This document shows, piece by piece, positions 27,633 to 37,092 of a stretch of DNA of 64,000 nt (position 1 is the first letter of the stretch; each line of letters opens with the position of its first letter). Both the position numbers and the translations under genes were made by a program. The stretch comes from Patescibacteria group bacterium (GTDB lineage Bacteria > Patescibacteriota > Minisyncoccia > Minisyncoccales > RBG-13-36-15): the NCBI GenBank assembly GCA_018609195.1, contig JAHCSE010000018.1, forward strand, positions 4,750 through 68,749, read 5' to 3'. The notes under the pieces are model-generated. The model worked only from the letters and a program-made list of their open reading frames with translations, did no database searches and had not been told where the DNA came from.

Positions 27633-28946
27633 TTGCAATCTAAAATCGAAAATCTAAAAGCAAGAGAGATTCTTGATTCAAGGGGAGAGCCCACCGTAGA
27701 AGTACAATTAATCACTAATGTTGGTGATTTTTTTTCTTCGGTTCCGTCAGGATCCTCAAAAGGAAAATATGAGGCAGTAGAGATAAGAGATGGCGGAAAG
27801 AGGTATCACGGGAGGGGAGTAGGGAAGGCTGTACGGAATGTTAATGAAATAATATTCCCGCAACTCAAGGGAAAAGATGTTAGAGATCAGAAAACGATTG
27901 ATGAGATTTTAATTCAACTAGATGGAACAAAAAATAAATCAAAATTAGGGGCTAATGCCATTTTACCCGTAAGTATAGCAACCTGCCGAGCTGGAGCTGC
28001 GGCAGAAAATTTACCTCTTTATAAGTACATTCAAAAGATTTTTCAACCAAGATACCCGCCAAAGGCAAGGCTCGCCAGGGGCGGCAAGATACAAGCTACC
28101 CCGAAAGAGAGCAAGCATCCTACGGGGCAAGCACGCTACAAACTCCCTATCCCTTGCTTTAATATCATCAATGGGGGAGTACACGCTGGTAATGAATTGG
28201 CACTTCAAGAGTTTATGATTGTTCCTCAATTTAAATCAATTAAAAAGTCTCTTCAGGCAGCTTCAGAAATTTATCATACTCTTAAGAAAATCTTAATAAA
28301 ACATTTTGGGAGGAAATCTGTGAATGTTGGGGATGAAGGAGGTTTCGCCCCGCCCCTGTCTTACACGAAAGAGGCTCTCAGCTTACTAATGGCAGCGATT
28401 AAAGAAGCAGGCTACAACCAAAAAGTACAAGTTGGTTTAGACGTAGCTGGTTCCCAAATTTTTGAAAAGGGAGTCTATAAGTTAGATAAAACAATTTTTA
28501 TCAGAGCGGGTTTAATAATCTTTTATCAAGACCTTATTAAAAAATATCCGATTGTTTTTATTGAAGATCCCTTTTTTGAAGAAGATTGGGTGGGATTTCA
28601 AGAGATTACTCAAAAGTTAGGCAAGAAAATAACTATTTTTGGTGATGATTTATTAGCTACAAATACGGAAAGGATAAAAACGGCTCAAAATAAGAAAGCT
28701 TGCAACGGTTTGATTTTAAAACCAAATCAGATTGGCACAGTGACGGAAACCATAGAAGCTGCAAAACTATCCAGATCTTTTGGTTGGAAGATAATGGTCT
28801 CGCATCGCTCAGGAGAAACGAGGGACGATTTTATTGCAGATTTAGCAGTAGGAATTTCAGCTGACTTTATTAAAGCCGGAGCCCCAGCCAGAGGGGAAAG
28901 ATTAGCAAAGTATAATAGGCTAGTAAGAATTGAGGAGGAATTATGA
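27633..28946 (+). CDS. eno: enolase (with ~30-aa GC-rich insertion)
   Basis: AREILDSRGEPTVEV, NIINGGVHAGN, SHRSGETRD. TTG start. Confidence 0.9.
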   Translation: MQSKIENLKAREILDSRGEPTVEVQLITNVGDFFSSVPSGSSKGKYEAVEIRDGGKRYHGRGVGKAVRNVNEIIFPQLKGKDVRDQKTIDEILIQLDGTKNKSKLGANAILPVSIATCRAGAAAENLPLYKYIQKIFQPRYPPKARLARGGKIQATPKESKHPTGQARYKLPIPCFNIINGGVHAGNELALQEFMIVPQFKSIKKSLQAASEIYHTLKKILIKHFGRKSVNVGDEGGFAPPLSYTKEALSLLMAAIKEAGYNQKVQVGLDVAGSQIFEKGVYKLDKTIFIRAGLIIFYQDLIKKYPIVFIEDPFFEEDWVGFQEITQKLGKKITIFGDDLLATNTERIKTAQNKKACNGLILKPNQIGTVTETIEAAKLSRSFGWKIMVSHRSGETRDDFIADLAVGISADFIKAGAPARGERLAKYNRLVRIEEEL

Positions 28947-30193
28947 AAATTCTTTTTATTGTCATTGATGGCCTGGGTGATCGGCCAATTTCTGAATTAG
29001 GGGAAAAAACTCCGCTGGAGGCCGCTAAAACTCCAAATTTAGATCGGTTGGCTAAAAATGGAATTTGTGGGCAGATTTCACCTTTTCAATTTCCCTGGCA
29101 GAAATATCCAGTATCAGACACTGCCCATTTAGCTCTATTTGGCTATAACCCAAAAATTCATTATTTAGGCCGAGGACCCTATGAAGCAGCTGGAATTGGA
29201 ATGGAATTAAAGAAAGGAGACGTGATATTAAGAGTAAATTTTGGCACAGTAAACAGGAAGCTTAAGGTAATTGACAGGAGGGCAGGAAGAATAGAAAAGA
29301 CCGAACTTTTCGTAAAAGCTTTAAATGGAATCAAGATTGAAGGAGTTACATTTTTGGTAAAAAAATCTTTTGGCCACCGAGCAGTACTAATCTTGAGAGG
29401 GAAAAATCTATCAGAGAAAATAACCGATTGTGATCCAAAAAAAACAGGGAAGATTATGAAAAAGGCAGTTCCTTCAACAAGCGCGAAGGGAAAGGAGTTA
29501 AGTAAAGCTAAATTTACTGCGGACATTTTGAATAGATTTTTAGAAAAGGCGCATTTTATTTTAAAAAATCACCCTCTGAATAAAAAAAGAATCAAAGAAA
29601 AGAAATTACCCGCAAATTATTTCTTAGTAAGAGGAGCAGGAAAGTTTAAAAAGACAACCAGTTTTTATCAAAAATATAAATTAAACGCTTGTTGTATTGT
29701 AGGAGGAGCCTTATACAAGGGGATAGGAAAGATTTTGGGAATGAAATTGATAAAAGTCAAAGGAGCTACCGGTTTTCCCACTACGAATTTGAAAGGAAAA
29801 TTCCAGGCAGCAAAAAAAGCTTTAAAAAAACCTGCCCCGTACCGAAACGCAGTTTCTGGTGCGGGGTACGATTTTGTTTTTCTTCATATTAAGGCTGCAG
29901 ATACCTTGGGAGAAGATGGAAATTTTCAAGGAAAAAAAGAATTTATTGAAAAAATTGATAAGAATTTAAAAATTTTAATGGATCTAAAGAATGTTTTAAT
30001 TGTAATAACTGGCGATCATTCCACTTGTTCCAAACTCAAAAGCCATTGTTCGGAGCCAGTGCCAATTTTAATATATGGGAATAGGAAAGATAAAGTTCGA
30101 GAATTTGGAGAAAGAGCTTGTAAAAAGGGGAAATTAGGGACGATTGAGGGATTAAATGTAATGCCAAAAATTTTAGCTCTGATGAAATCATAG
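28943..30193 (+). CDS. apgM: 2,3-bisphosphoglycerate-independent phosphoglycerate mutase, archaeal type
   Basis: MKILFIVIDGLGDRP, YDFVFLHIKAAD and ITGDHST motifs of ApgM. Confidence 0.85.
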   Translation: MKILFIVIDGLGDRPISELGEKTPLEAAKTPNLDRLAKNGICGQISPFQFPWQKYPVSDTAHLALFGYNPKIHYLGRGPYEAAGIGMELKKGDVILRVNFGTVNRKLKVIDRRAGRIEKTELFVKALNGIKIEGVTFLVKKSFGHRAVLILRGKNLSEKITDCDPKKTGKIMKKAVPSTSAKGKELSKAKFTADILNRFLEKAHFILKNHPLNKKRIKEKKLPANYFLVRGAGKFKKTTSFYQKYKLNACCIVGGALYKGIGKILGMKLIKVKGATGFPTTNLKGKFQAAKKALKKPAPYRNAVSGAGYDFVFLHIKAADTLGEDGNFQGKKEFIEKIDKNLKILMDLKNVLIVITGDHSTCSKLKSHCSEPVPILIYGNRKDKVREFGERACKKGKLGTIEGLNVMPKILALMKS

Positions 30194-30282
30194 ATTTTAT
30201 TTTGGAAAAGAAATATGGTAAGATAAATATGAAGCTTCAAAGGTCAAAATAATCAAAATAATTAAACAAAAAAATAAAAAAT

Positions 30283-30510
30283 ATGGTTAAAATATTTTCA
30301 ACGCCCGCCTGCGTCTATTGCATCACCTTAAAGAAGTTTTTAAAGGAAAAAAATGTTGAATTTGAAGATATCGATGTATCGCAAGACAAGAAAGCCTTAG
30401 ATGAGATGGTTGAAAAATCCGGTCAGATGGGAGTACCAGTAACTGAAATTGACGGCCAAATCGTGGTAGGGTTTGACAAAGGGAAGATATCAAAACTTTT
30501 AAATCTCTAA
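30283..30510 (+). CDS. glutaredoxin-like (NrdH/YruB-type) small redox protein
   Basis: 75 aa, CVYC active site, GVPV..IDG motif. Confidence 0.75.
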   Translation: MVKIFSTPACVYCITLKKFLKEKNVEFEDIDVSQDKKALDEMVEKSGQMGVPVTEIDGQIVVGFDKGKISKLLNL

Positions 30511-30560
30511 TCAATTACGAATCTGATTCGCGAATAAATTAGAGTTTGATTAGCGTTAAT

Positions 30561-30593
30561 ATGATAAAAGTCGCAATCAATGGTTTTGGCCGT
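30561..30593 (+). pseudogene. orphan N-terminal fragment of a second gap allele (MIKVAINGFGR)
   Basis: atgataaaagtcgcaatcaatggttttggccgt parallels the real start atgccaagaattgcaataaatggatttggtagg (30650). It runs into a GC-rich hairpin and stops. Confidence 0.55.
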
Positions 30594-30649
30594 ACCCCAC
30601 ACCAGAACAGAGTTCGGTACGGGGCAAGTTGGCCGCCCGGTAATAAATT

Positions 30650-31669
30650 ATGCCAAGAATTGCAATAAATGGATTTGGTAGGATTGGGAGACCCACTTTC
30701 AAGAAAATTTTAAAAGACCATTCCGATTTGGAAGTGGTAGCGATTAATGATTTGACAGATACGAAAACCTTGGCTCATCTGTTAAGATATGATTCTGTTT
30801 ATGGAATCTATAATAAACAAGTAAAATCTTCTGAAGATTCCCTTTTAATCGATGGAAAGCGCGATGGAAAAAAAGTTAAGGTTTTAGCTGAGACAGATCC
30901 CGCAAAACTCCCTTGGAAAAATCTGGGAATAGATCTTGTTTTGGAATGCACTGGCAGGTTCACTGAAATTGAGGGAGCAAAAAAGCATTTGGCAGCAGGA
31001 GCTAAAAAAGTGATAATCTCTGCCCCCTGTAAAAGCCCAGGGGTGAAAACTTTTGTTTTGGGAGTAAATGAAGAAATGTATGATCCGAAAGCAGATAATG
31101 TAATTTCAATGGCTTCTTGTACTACCAATTGTTTCGCTAACGTAGTTAAAGTTTTAAATGACAATTTCAAGATAATTCGGGGTTTTATGACCACTGTCCA
31201 TAGTTATACCAATGATCAAAGAGTTCTGGATTTACCCCATAGGGATTTGCGAAGAGCAAGGGCAGCAGCCTTAAATATTATTCCAACTACCACAGGGGCA
31301 GCAAAAGCCATTGGTAGGATTATTCCTGAATTAGAAGGGAAATTAAATGGTATTGCCTTTCGAGTTCCCACTCCCACAGTATCAATTTTAGATTTAATTT
31401 GTGAAGTTGAAAAGAAAACAACTACTGAGGAAGTAAATTATATTTTTAAAAAGGCTTCTGAAAAAAAAGAACTACAGGGAATTTTAGGAATAGAGGACAC
31501 TCCCTTAGTTTCTTCTGATTATATTGGCAATTCTTTCTCTGCAATTGTTGATAGCCCTTTGACTATGGTCAAAGACAATTTGGTCAAAGTTGTCGCCTGG
31601 TACGATAACGAATGGGCATACGCTTGTCGTCTTGCTGAGTTCGCAGAATTTGTTGGAAAGAAACTTTAA
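30650..31669 (+). CDS. gap: type I glyceraldehyde-3-phosphate dehydrogenase
   Basis: INGFGRIGR, SCTTNC and WYDNEW motifs. Confidence 0.9.
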   Translation: MPRIAINGFGRIGRPTFKKILKDHSDLEVVAINDLTDTKTLAHLLRYDSVYGIYNKQVKSSEDSLLIDGKRDGKKVKVLAETDPAKLPWKNLGIDLVLECTGRFTEIEGAKKHLAAGAKKVIISAPCKSPGVKTFVLGVNEEMYDPKADNVISMASCTTNCFANVVKVLNDNFKIIRGFMTTVHSYTNDQRVLDLPHRDLRRARAAALNIIPTTTGAAKAIGRIIPELEGKLNGIAFRVPTPTVSILDLICEVEKKTTTEEVNYIFKKASEKKELQGILGIEDTPLVSSDYIGNSFSAIVDSPLTMVKDNLVKVVAWYDNEWAYACRLAEFAEFVGKKL

Positions 31670-31866
31670 TTTTTGATTAACTAAATAAATAAAGTTAGCG
31701 TATGCCCATTCGCACAGGAGGGGTCGGGAGGATTGGGTATCCTCCCGTGGTGGAAAAATAGGAGGTTGCCGAAGGCAACCGACGTAAGAAACCGAAGGTG
31801 TCTTAGGAGCGGAGCGAAGCGAACCCGAAGGGCGAGCGCCTGAACAAAGTGAAGGAAGAGCGGAGC

Positions 31867-31929
31867 GACGAATGGGCTTACGCCTGCCGTCTAGCTGAAT
31901 TTGCAGAATATGTTGGAAAAAAGCTATAA
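31867..31929 (+). pseudogene. orphan C-terminal fragment of a second gap allele (DEWAYACRLAEFAEYVGKKL*)
   Basis: 20 codons + stop parallel the real C-terminus NEWAYACRLAEFAEFVGKKL* (31607-31669), with mostly synonymous differences. Confidence 0.6.
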
Positions 31930-31953
31930 TCTTGAAAGTTAATGGCGTAATTA

Positions 31954-31977
31954 AGCGAGGCTTCGCCTCGCTTTTTT
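31954..31977 (+). terminator. intrinsic terminator
   Basis: agcgaggcttcgcctcgct + ttttt. Confidence 0.75.
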
Positions 31978-32031
31978 ATTTGGTTTTGCATAGGCTTTTT
32001 ATTTCAGGTATAATAAAATTACAATAAAAAT

Positions 32032-32640
32032 TTGCGTTTCGAAAATATGTCTGGTAAAACTAAAAAATTAATCAGGAAAAGCAAAAAAGTCAATTTTAAA
32101 AAATTTCTTGAGATTGAAAGAAATCTTGATAGAATAGTGAGATTTAGCACGAGTGTTCGAATAAAAGATGAGAGTGTTTCTGAACACTCTTTTCATACTG
32201 CTCTCTATGCTATGATCTTAGCTGATTTGGAGGAACAGTTCGGAAATAAAGTTGATAAAGAAAAAATACTGAGAACCGCTCTCCTGCACGACCTTGAAGA
32301 GAGTTTAACTGGGGATGTAATTTACTCTTTTAAATATAGCGAGGAGGACCTTACCCGAGAAATTAAAAAAATTGGTAGAAATCTATTACAAAAATTGATG
32401 GATAATTTACCAAAGGAAATTTCTCAAAAGTATATGGAACTCTGGATTGGTGCGAAAGATAGAAGAACTTTGGAAGGAAAAATTATAGAAGCTGCAGATA
32501 AATTGGAGGGGTTGATTTACGTAATGAACGAACTGAATCTCGGGAACAAATCTCTGAAAGGAGTTCGAGATAATTATTTTAAGCTGTTAAAAGAACTGAA
32601 ATTAAAGTCGGTTGATACACTCCTCAGACAAATCAAATAA
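32032..32640 (+). CDS. HD-domain phosphohydrolase (YfbR-like 5'-nucleotidase family)
   Basis: ESVSEHSFH..LLHDLEES..GD motif series. ATG at 32047 is the more likely start. Confidence 0.65.
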   Translation: MRFENMSGKTKKLIRKSKKVNFKKFLEIERNLDRIVRFSTSVRIKDESVSEHSFHTALYAMILADLEEQFGNKVDKEKILRTALLHDLEESLTGDVIYSFKYSEEDLTREIKKIGRNLLQKLMDNLPKEISQKYMELWIGAKDRRTLEGKIIEAADKLEGLIYVMNELNLGNKSLKGVRDNYFKLLKELKLKSVDTLLRQIK

Positions 32641-32657
32641 AATTACTAATATTCTTC

Positions 32658-34625
32658 TTGCAATATATGATCAAAAAAGGTAATTTGTATTTTCCAACGA
32701 AAGAATTCAAAAAAAGGGCTTTGATAAAAAGTGCGGCAATCTATAAGACAGCCGCTAAAAATCCAATTAAATTTTGGGAGAAGTTAGCCAAAGAGCTTTT
32801 ATGGCAAAAGAAATGGAAAAAAGTATTTTCCCACCGACCACCCTATTTTAAATGGTTTGTCGGAGGAAAATTAAACATTACCGAGAATTGTCTGGAGAGA
32901 AATCTTGAAAAAAGGAAAAACAAAGTAGCTTTCATTTGGGAACCAGAACCAATAGCCGCTCCAAATGGGCGAGCCTCGCCCAGTAAAACTGGGCGGGAAG
33001 AAAGAGAAAGGTATTTCACATATTATGATTTGTATAGAGAAGTTAATAAATTAGCCAATGCTCTTAAAAAATTAGGGGTGAAAAAAGGAGATCGAGTAGG
33101 AATTTATTTGCCAATGATTCCTGAAGCAATAATTTCAATGTTGGCCTGTGCCAGAATAGGAGCTATTCATACTGTCGTTTTTTCTGCCTTCTCCCCACAA
33201 GCGCTACGGATAAGGCTTCAAGATACTACAGCCAAAATTTTAATCACGGCTGATGGTTACTATCGAAAAGGTAAAATTATTAATTTAAAACAAAATGCAG
33301 ATAAAGGGGTAAAAAGCACTAAAGTGAAGAAGGTAATTGTGGTAAAGCGAGCGAAAAACGAAATTCCCTGGCAAAGAAAACGAGATCTCTGGTGGTCAGA
33401 TTTAATTAAAAATGAAAAAGAATTCTGCAAACCTGCAGCAATGGATAGTGAAGATACTTTATTTATTCTCTACACGTCGGGAAGCACCGGGAAACCAAAA
33501 GGAATAGTTCACACCACAGGTGGCTATATGGTACAAGCCAATTTCACCGGCAAATGGATTTTTGATTTAAAAGAAGATGATATTTTCTGGTCTATGGCAG
33601 ATGTAGGTTGGATTACCGGGCATACGTACAGTTGTTACGGGCCATTACTGACAGGCACCACCTTTTTAATTTTTGAAGGGGCACCAGATTGGCCGACTCC
33701 TGACAGGTGGTGTAAAATCATTGAGAAATATGGAGTCACTACTTTTTATACAGCTCCCACTGCCATTCGGATGTTTGAAAAATACGGGATAAAACTTCTC
33801 AAAAGATATACATTTAATACTTTACAAATTTTAGGCTCAGTAGGAGAACCAATCGATACAGCAGCCTGGCAATGGTATTTTAAAGAAGTTGGGAGAGAAA
33901 AATGCCCAATTGTTGATACTTGGTGGCAAACAGAAACAGGTGGAATTTTAATAACTTCTCTTCCTGGAATCGGGCCCTTTAAACCAGCTTTCACTGGTTT
34001 GCCCTTCCCTGGATTACGAGTTAATATTTTAGACGAAAAGGGGAAATCTCTTCCAGTTCACAAAGAGGGGAACTTGGTGATTTTACCTCCTTTTGCTCCT
34101 GGATTATTAAGAGGAGTGTATAAAAATCCAAAAAAATATTTAGAAACCTATTGGAGTCAATACGGGAAGAGAATCTATTTTACCTCAGATACAGCATACC
34201 GCGATAAAAATGGTCTCATCAGAATTGTGGGAAGAGTAGATGATGTAATTAAAGTAGCTGGTCATAGATTAACTACCGGAGAGCTGGAAAGTGCAATTGC
34301 GAAACATCCAGATATTACTGAATCAGCCGTGGTTGGCATTCCTGATGAGATTAAGGGAGAGGTACCGGTAGCTTTTGTGGTCTCTCATAAAAAAAGGAAA
34401 GCTGAAACAATAGCAAAAGAGGTGAGAGAACAAGTGAGAAAAGAAATTGGCCCCATTGCCCTGCCAAAAAAAGTTTATTTAGTAGAAGATATTCCAAAAA
34501 CTCGCTCAGGAAAAATTATGAGGAGAATTTTAAAGAGATTATTTACTAAAGAAAAGTTAGGAGACCTTTCTACCTTGGCCAACCCAGAAAGCGTCAAAAA
34601 AATTAAAGAAGTAATTGTTAAATGA
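32658..34625 (+). CDS. acs: acetyl-CoA synthetase (AMP-forming)
   Basis: YTSGSTGKPKG, WWQTETGG and the C-terminal PKTRSGKIMRR motif. Confidence 0.9.
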   Translation: MQYMIKKGNLYFPTKEFKKRALIKSAAIYKTAAKNPIKFWEKLAKELLWQKKWKKVFSHRPPYFKWFVGGKLNITENCLERNLEKRKNKVAFIWEPEPIAAPNGRASPSKTGREERERYFTYYDLYREVNKLANALKKLGVKKGDRVGIYLPMIPEAIISMLACARIGAIHTVVFSAFSPQALRIRLQDTTAKILITADGYYRKGKIINLKQNADKGVKSTKVKKVIVVKRAKNEIPWQRKRDLWWSDLIKNEKEFCKPAAMDSEDTLFILYTSGSTGKPKGIVHTTGGYMVQANFTGKWIFDLKEDDIFWSMADVGWITGHTYSCYGPLLTGTTFLIFEGAPDWPTPDRWCKIIEKYGVTTFYTAPTAIRMFEKYGIKLLKRYTFNTLQILGSVGEPIDTAAWQWYFKEVGREKCPIVDTWWQTETGGILITSLPGIGPFKPAFTGLPFPGLRVNILDEKGKSLPVHKEGNLVILPPFAPGLLRGVYKNPKKYLETYWSQYGKRIYFTSDTAYRDKNGLIRIVGRVDDVIKVAGHRLTTGELESAIAKHPDITESAVVGIPDEIKGEVPVAFVVSHKKRKAETIAKEVREQVRKEIGPIALPKKVYLVEDIPKTRSGKIMRRILKRLFTKEKLGDLSTLANPESVKKIKEVIVK

Positions 34626-37045
34626 AAAAGTCCCAAAAAAATATTTTGTGGTTCAAGGAAATTTCCTCTAAAGATGTTCTTTTGGTTGGAGGTAAAAATG
34701 CCTCTTTGGGAGAAATGTTCTCGCAATTACAAAGAAAGGGAATTAATATTCCAGATGGTTTCGCTACCAGTTCTTTTGCGTATCGAAACTTTTTAACTAA
34801 GAACAAAATTTTACCTCAATTAAAAGAAGTTTTTAAAAAACTCAATGTAAAAAATATAAAGAGTTTACAAGCAACTGGCAAGAAAGCGAGAAATCTCATT
34901 TTAAAAGCTGAACTTCCTGAGGATTTAAAGGTAGACATTATCAAGGCCTATCGGATTCTTGGAAGAAAATATGGGCAAAATCCAGATGTAGCAGTAAGAA
35001 GTTCAGCAACGGCAGAAGACCTTCCTCGAGCTTCTTTTGCTGGGTTACACGAAACTTACTTAAATATTAAAGGGAAAAAGGAATTATTAGAGGCTGTCAA
35101 AAAATGCATAGCTTCTTTATTTAATGACCGGGCGATCTCTTATAGGGAGGAGCAGGGATTTGACCATTTTAAAGTGGCTTTGTCAGTCGGGATTCAGAAA
35201 ATGGTCAGGTCAGACCTATCTTCAGCAGGAGTAATTTTCACCTTAGATACAGAAACTGGATTTAAAGATGTGGTGTTAATTAATGGTTCTTGGGGATTAG
35301 GAGAAATGGTGGTGAAAGGAAAGGTTATTCCTGATGAATTTTTGATTTTCAAACCGACTTTAAAAGGGGGCTTCGCCCCCATAATTTCTAAAAATTTAGG
35401 AACAAAGAGAAGAAAACTTATTTACCCTCATTCGCCAAAGCTTCGGAGGGAAAGCACCATTCAAGAAGTTCGAGTACCAGAAAAGGACCAGAAACGATTT
35501 ACTTTAACTGATGCTGAGATTTTGAAATTGTCAAAATGGGCTTTACTTATTGAAGATCACTATTCAAAAAAAGCTAAAAAATGGATGCCTCAAGATATTG
35601 AGTGGGCAAAAGATGGAAAATTGAATCAGTTATTTGTGGTCCAATCAAGACCGGAAACAGTTCATGCCCCAAAAGAAATCAAAACCTATAGCCAATATAT
35701 TTTAAAAGGAGAAAAGGAACCTATTTTAACAGGGGACGCAATTGGTTCAAAAATTACTTCAGGCAAGGTCAATGTGATCCCAGACGTTTCTAAAATAAGA
35801 AGCTTTCGACCAGGAGAAATTTTAGTGACAAGAATTACTGATCCTGATTGGGAGCCAATTATGAAGATTGCGAAAGCCATCATTACTAATTCTGGAGGAA
35901 GAACTTCCCACGCAGCAATTATCTCTCGGGAATTGGGAGTTCCTTGCATTGTTGGAACTAAAAATGCTACCAAAATTTTAAAATCAGGTTCATTAATTAC
36001 TGTAGATTGCTCAGGAGGCCAAAAAGGGAGAGTTTTTTCAGGCCAGTTAAAATTTGAAATTAAAAAATATAATTTAAAAAAAATTCCAAAGACCAGAACC
36101 AAAATTATGATGAATACCAGTTATCCTGATACCGCTTTTTCCCATTCCTTCTTACCCAATTCTGGAATTGGATTAGCTCGAGAAGAATTCATTATTGCTT
36201 CCCAAATTCAAATCCATCCTTTGGCTCTTTACTATTTCCAAAAATTAAAGGGTAAAAAATTAAAAAGCGAGATTTCTAAATTGACTTCCGGTTTTAAAGA
36301 CAAAAAAGAATATTTTATTGACAAACTCACTCAAGGAATAGCCAAAATTACAGCCGCCTTTTACCCGAAACCCGTGATTGTCAGGTTTTCTGATTTTAAA
36401 TCAAATGAATATGCACAATTGCTGGGTGGGGGAATTTTTGAACCAAAAGAGGCAAATCCAATGCTGGGTTGGCGGGGAGCCTCAAGGTACTATGATAAAA
36501 AATTCAAACCAGCCTTTGAGATGGAATGCAAGGCGATAAAAAGAGTGAGGGAAAAATTTGGCCTCAAAAATCTGAAAGTAATGATTCCTTTTTGTCGGAC
36601 TGTTGAAGAGGGAAAAAAAGTGCTAAAATTAATGAGAGAATATGGGTTAGAGAAAAGGAAGGAAGGTTTAGAGGTTTATGTAATGTGTGAAATTCCTTCT
36701 AATGTTATTTTAGCTGGAAAATTCCTGGATATTTTCGATGGAATGAGTATTGGTTCAAATGACTTAACTCAATTAGCCTTGGGATTGGATAGAGATTCAG
36801 CTTTAGTAGCAAAAGTCGCGGATGAAAGAAATTTAACTGTTAAAAACTTAATTAAAACGGTAATTACTGAGTGCAAAAAAAGGAAAAAATATATAGGGAT
36901 TTGTGGAGAAGCCCCAAGTACCTTTTCAGAATTTGCTGAATTTTTAGTTGAGCAGAGAATTGAATCAATATCCCTGAACCCAGATACGGTTATTCCAACC
37001 ACGATAATCATCGCAAAAAAAGAAGAACAACTAAAAGGTCGATAA
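34622..37045 (+). CDS. ppsA: phosphoenolpyruvate synthase (pyruvate, water dikinase)
   Basis: VGGKNASLGEM, GGRTSHAAIISRELGVPCIVG (phospho-His) and a C-terminal PEP-utilising TIM domain. Confidence 0.9.
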   Translation: MKKSQKNILWFKEISSKDVLLVGGKNASLGEMFSQLQRKGINIPDGFATSSFAYRNFLTKNKILPQLKEVFKKLNVKNIKSLQATGKKARNLILKAELPEDLKVDIIKAYRILGRKYGQNPDVAVRSSATAEDLPRASFAGLHETYLNIKGKKELLEAVKKCIASLFNDRAISYREEQGFDHFKVALSVGIQKMVRSDLSSAGVIFTLDTETGFKDVVLINGSWGLGEMVVKGKVIPDEFLIFKPTLKGGFAPIISKNLGTKRRKLIYPHSPKLRRESTIQEVRVPEKDQKRFTLTDAEILKLSKWALLIEDHYSKKAKKWMPQDIEWAKDGKLNQLFVVQSRPETVHAPKEIKTYSQYILKGEKEPILTGDAIGSKITSGKVNVIPDVSKIRSFRPGEILVTRITDPDWEPIMKIAKAIITNSGGRTSHAAIISRELGVPCIVGTKNATKILKSGSLITVDCSGGQKGRVFSGQLKFEIKKYNLKKIPKTRTKIMMNTSYPDTAFSHSFLPNSGIGLAREEFIIASQIQIHPLALYYFQKLKGKKLKSEISKLTSGFKDKKEYFIDKLTQGIAKITAAFYPKPVIVRFSDFKSNEYAQLLGGGIFEPKEANPMLGWRGASRYYDKKFKPAFEMECKAIKRVREKFGLKNLKVMIPFCRTVEEGKKVLKLMREYGLEKRKEGLEVYVMCEIPSNVILAGKFLDIFDGMSIGSNDLTQLALGLDRDSALVAKVADERNLTVKNLIKTVITECKKRKKYIGICGEAPSTFSEFAEFLVEQRIESISLNPDTVIPTTIIIAKKEEQLKGR

Positions 37046-37092
37046 GTTCGTTGATTATAAATTAAATTTTGGTAGTATAAAAATAGCGCTTT

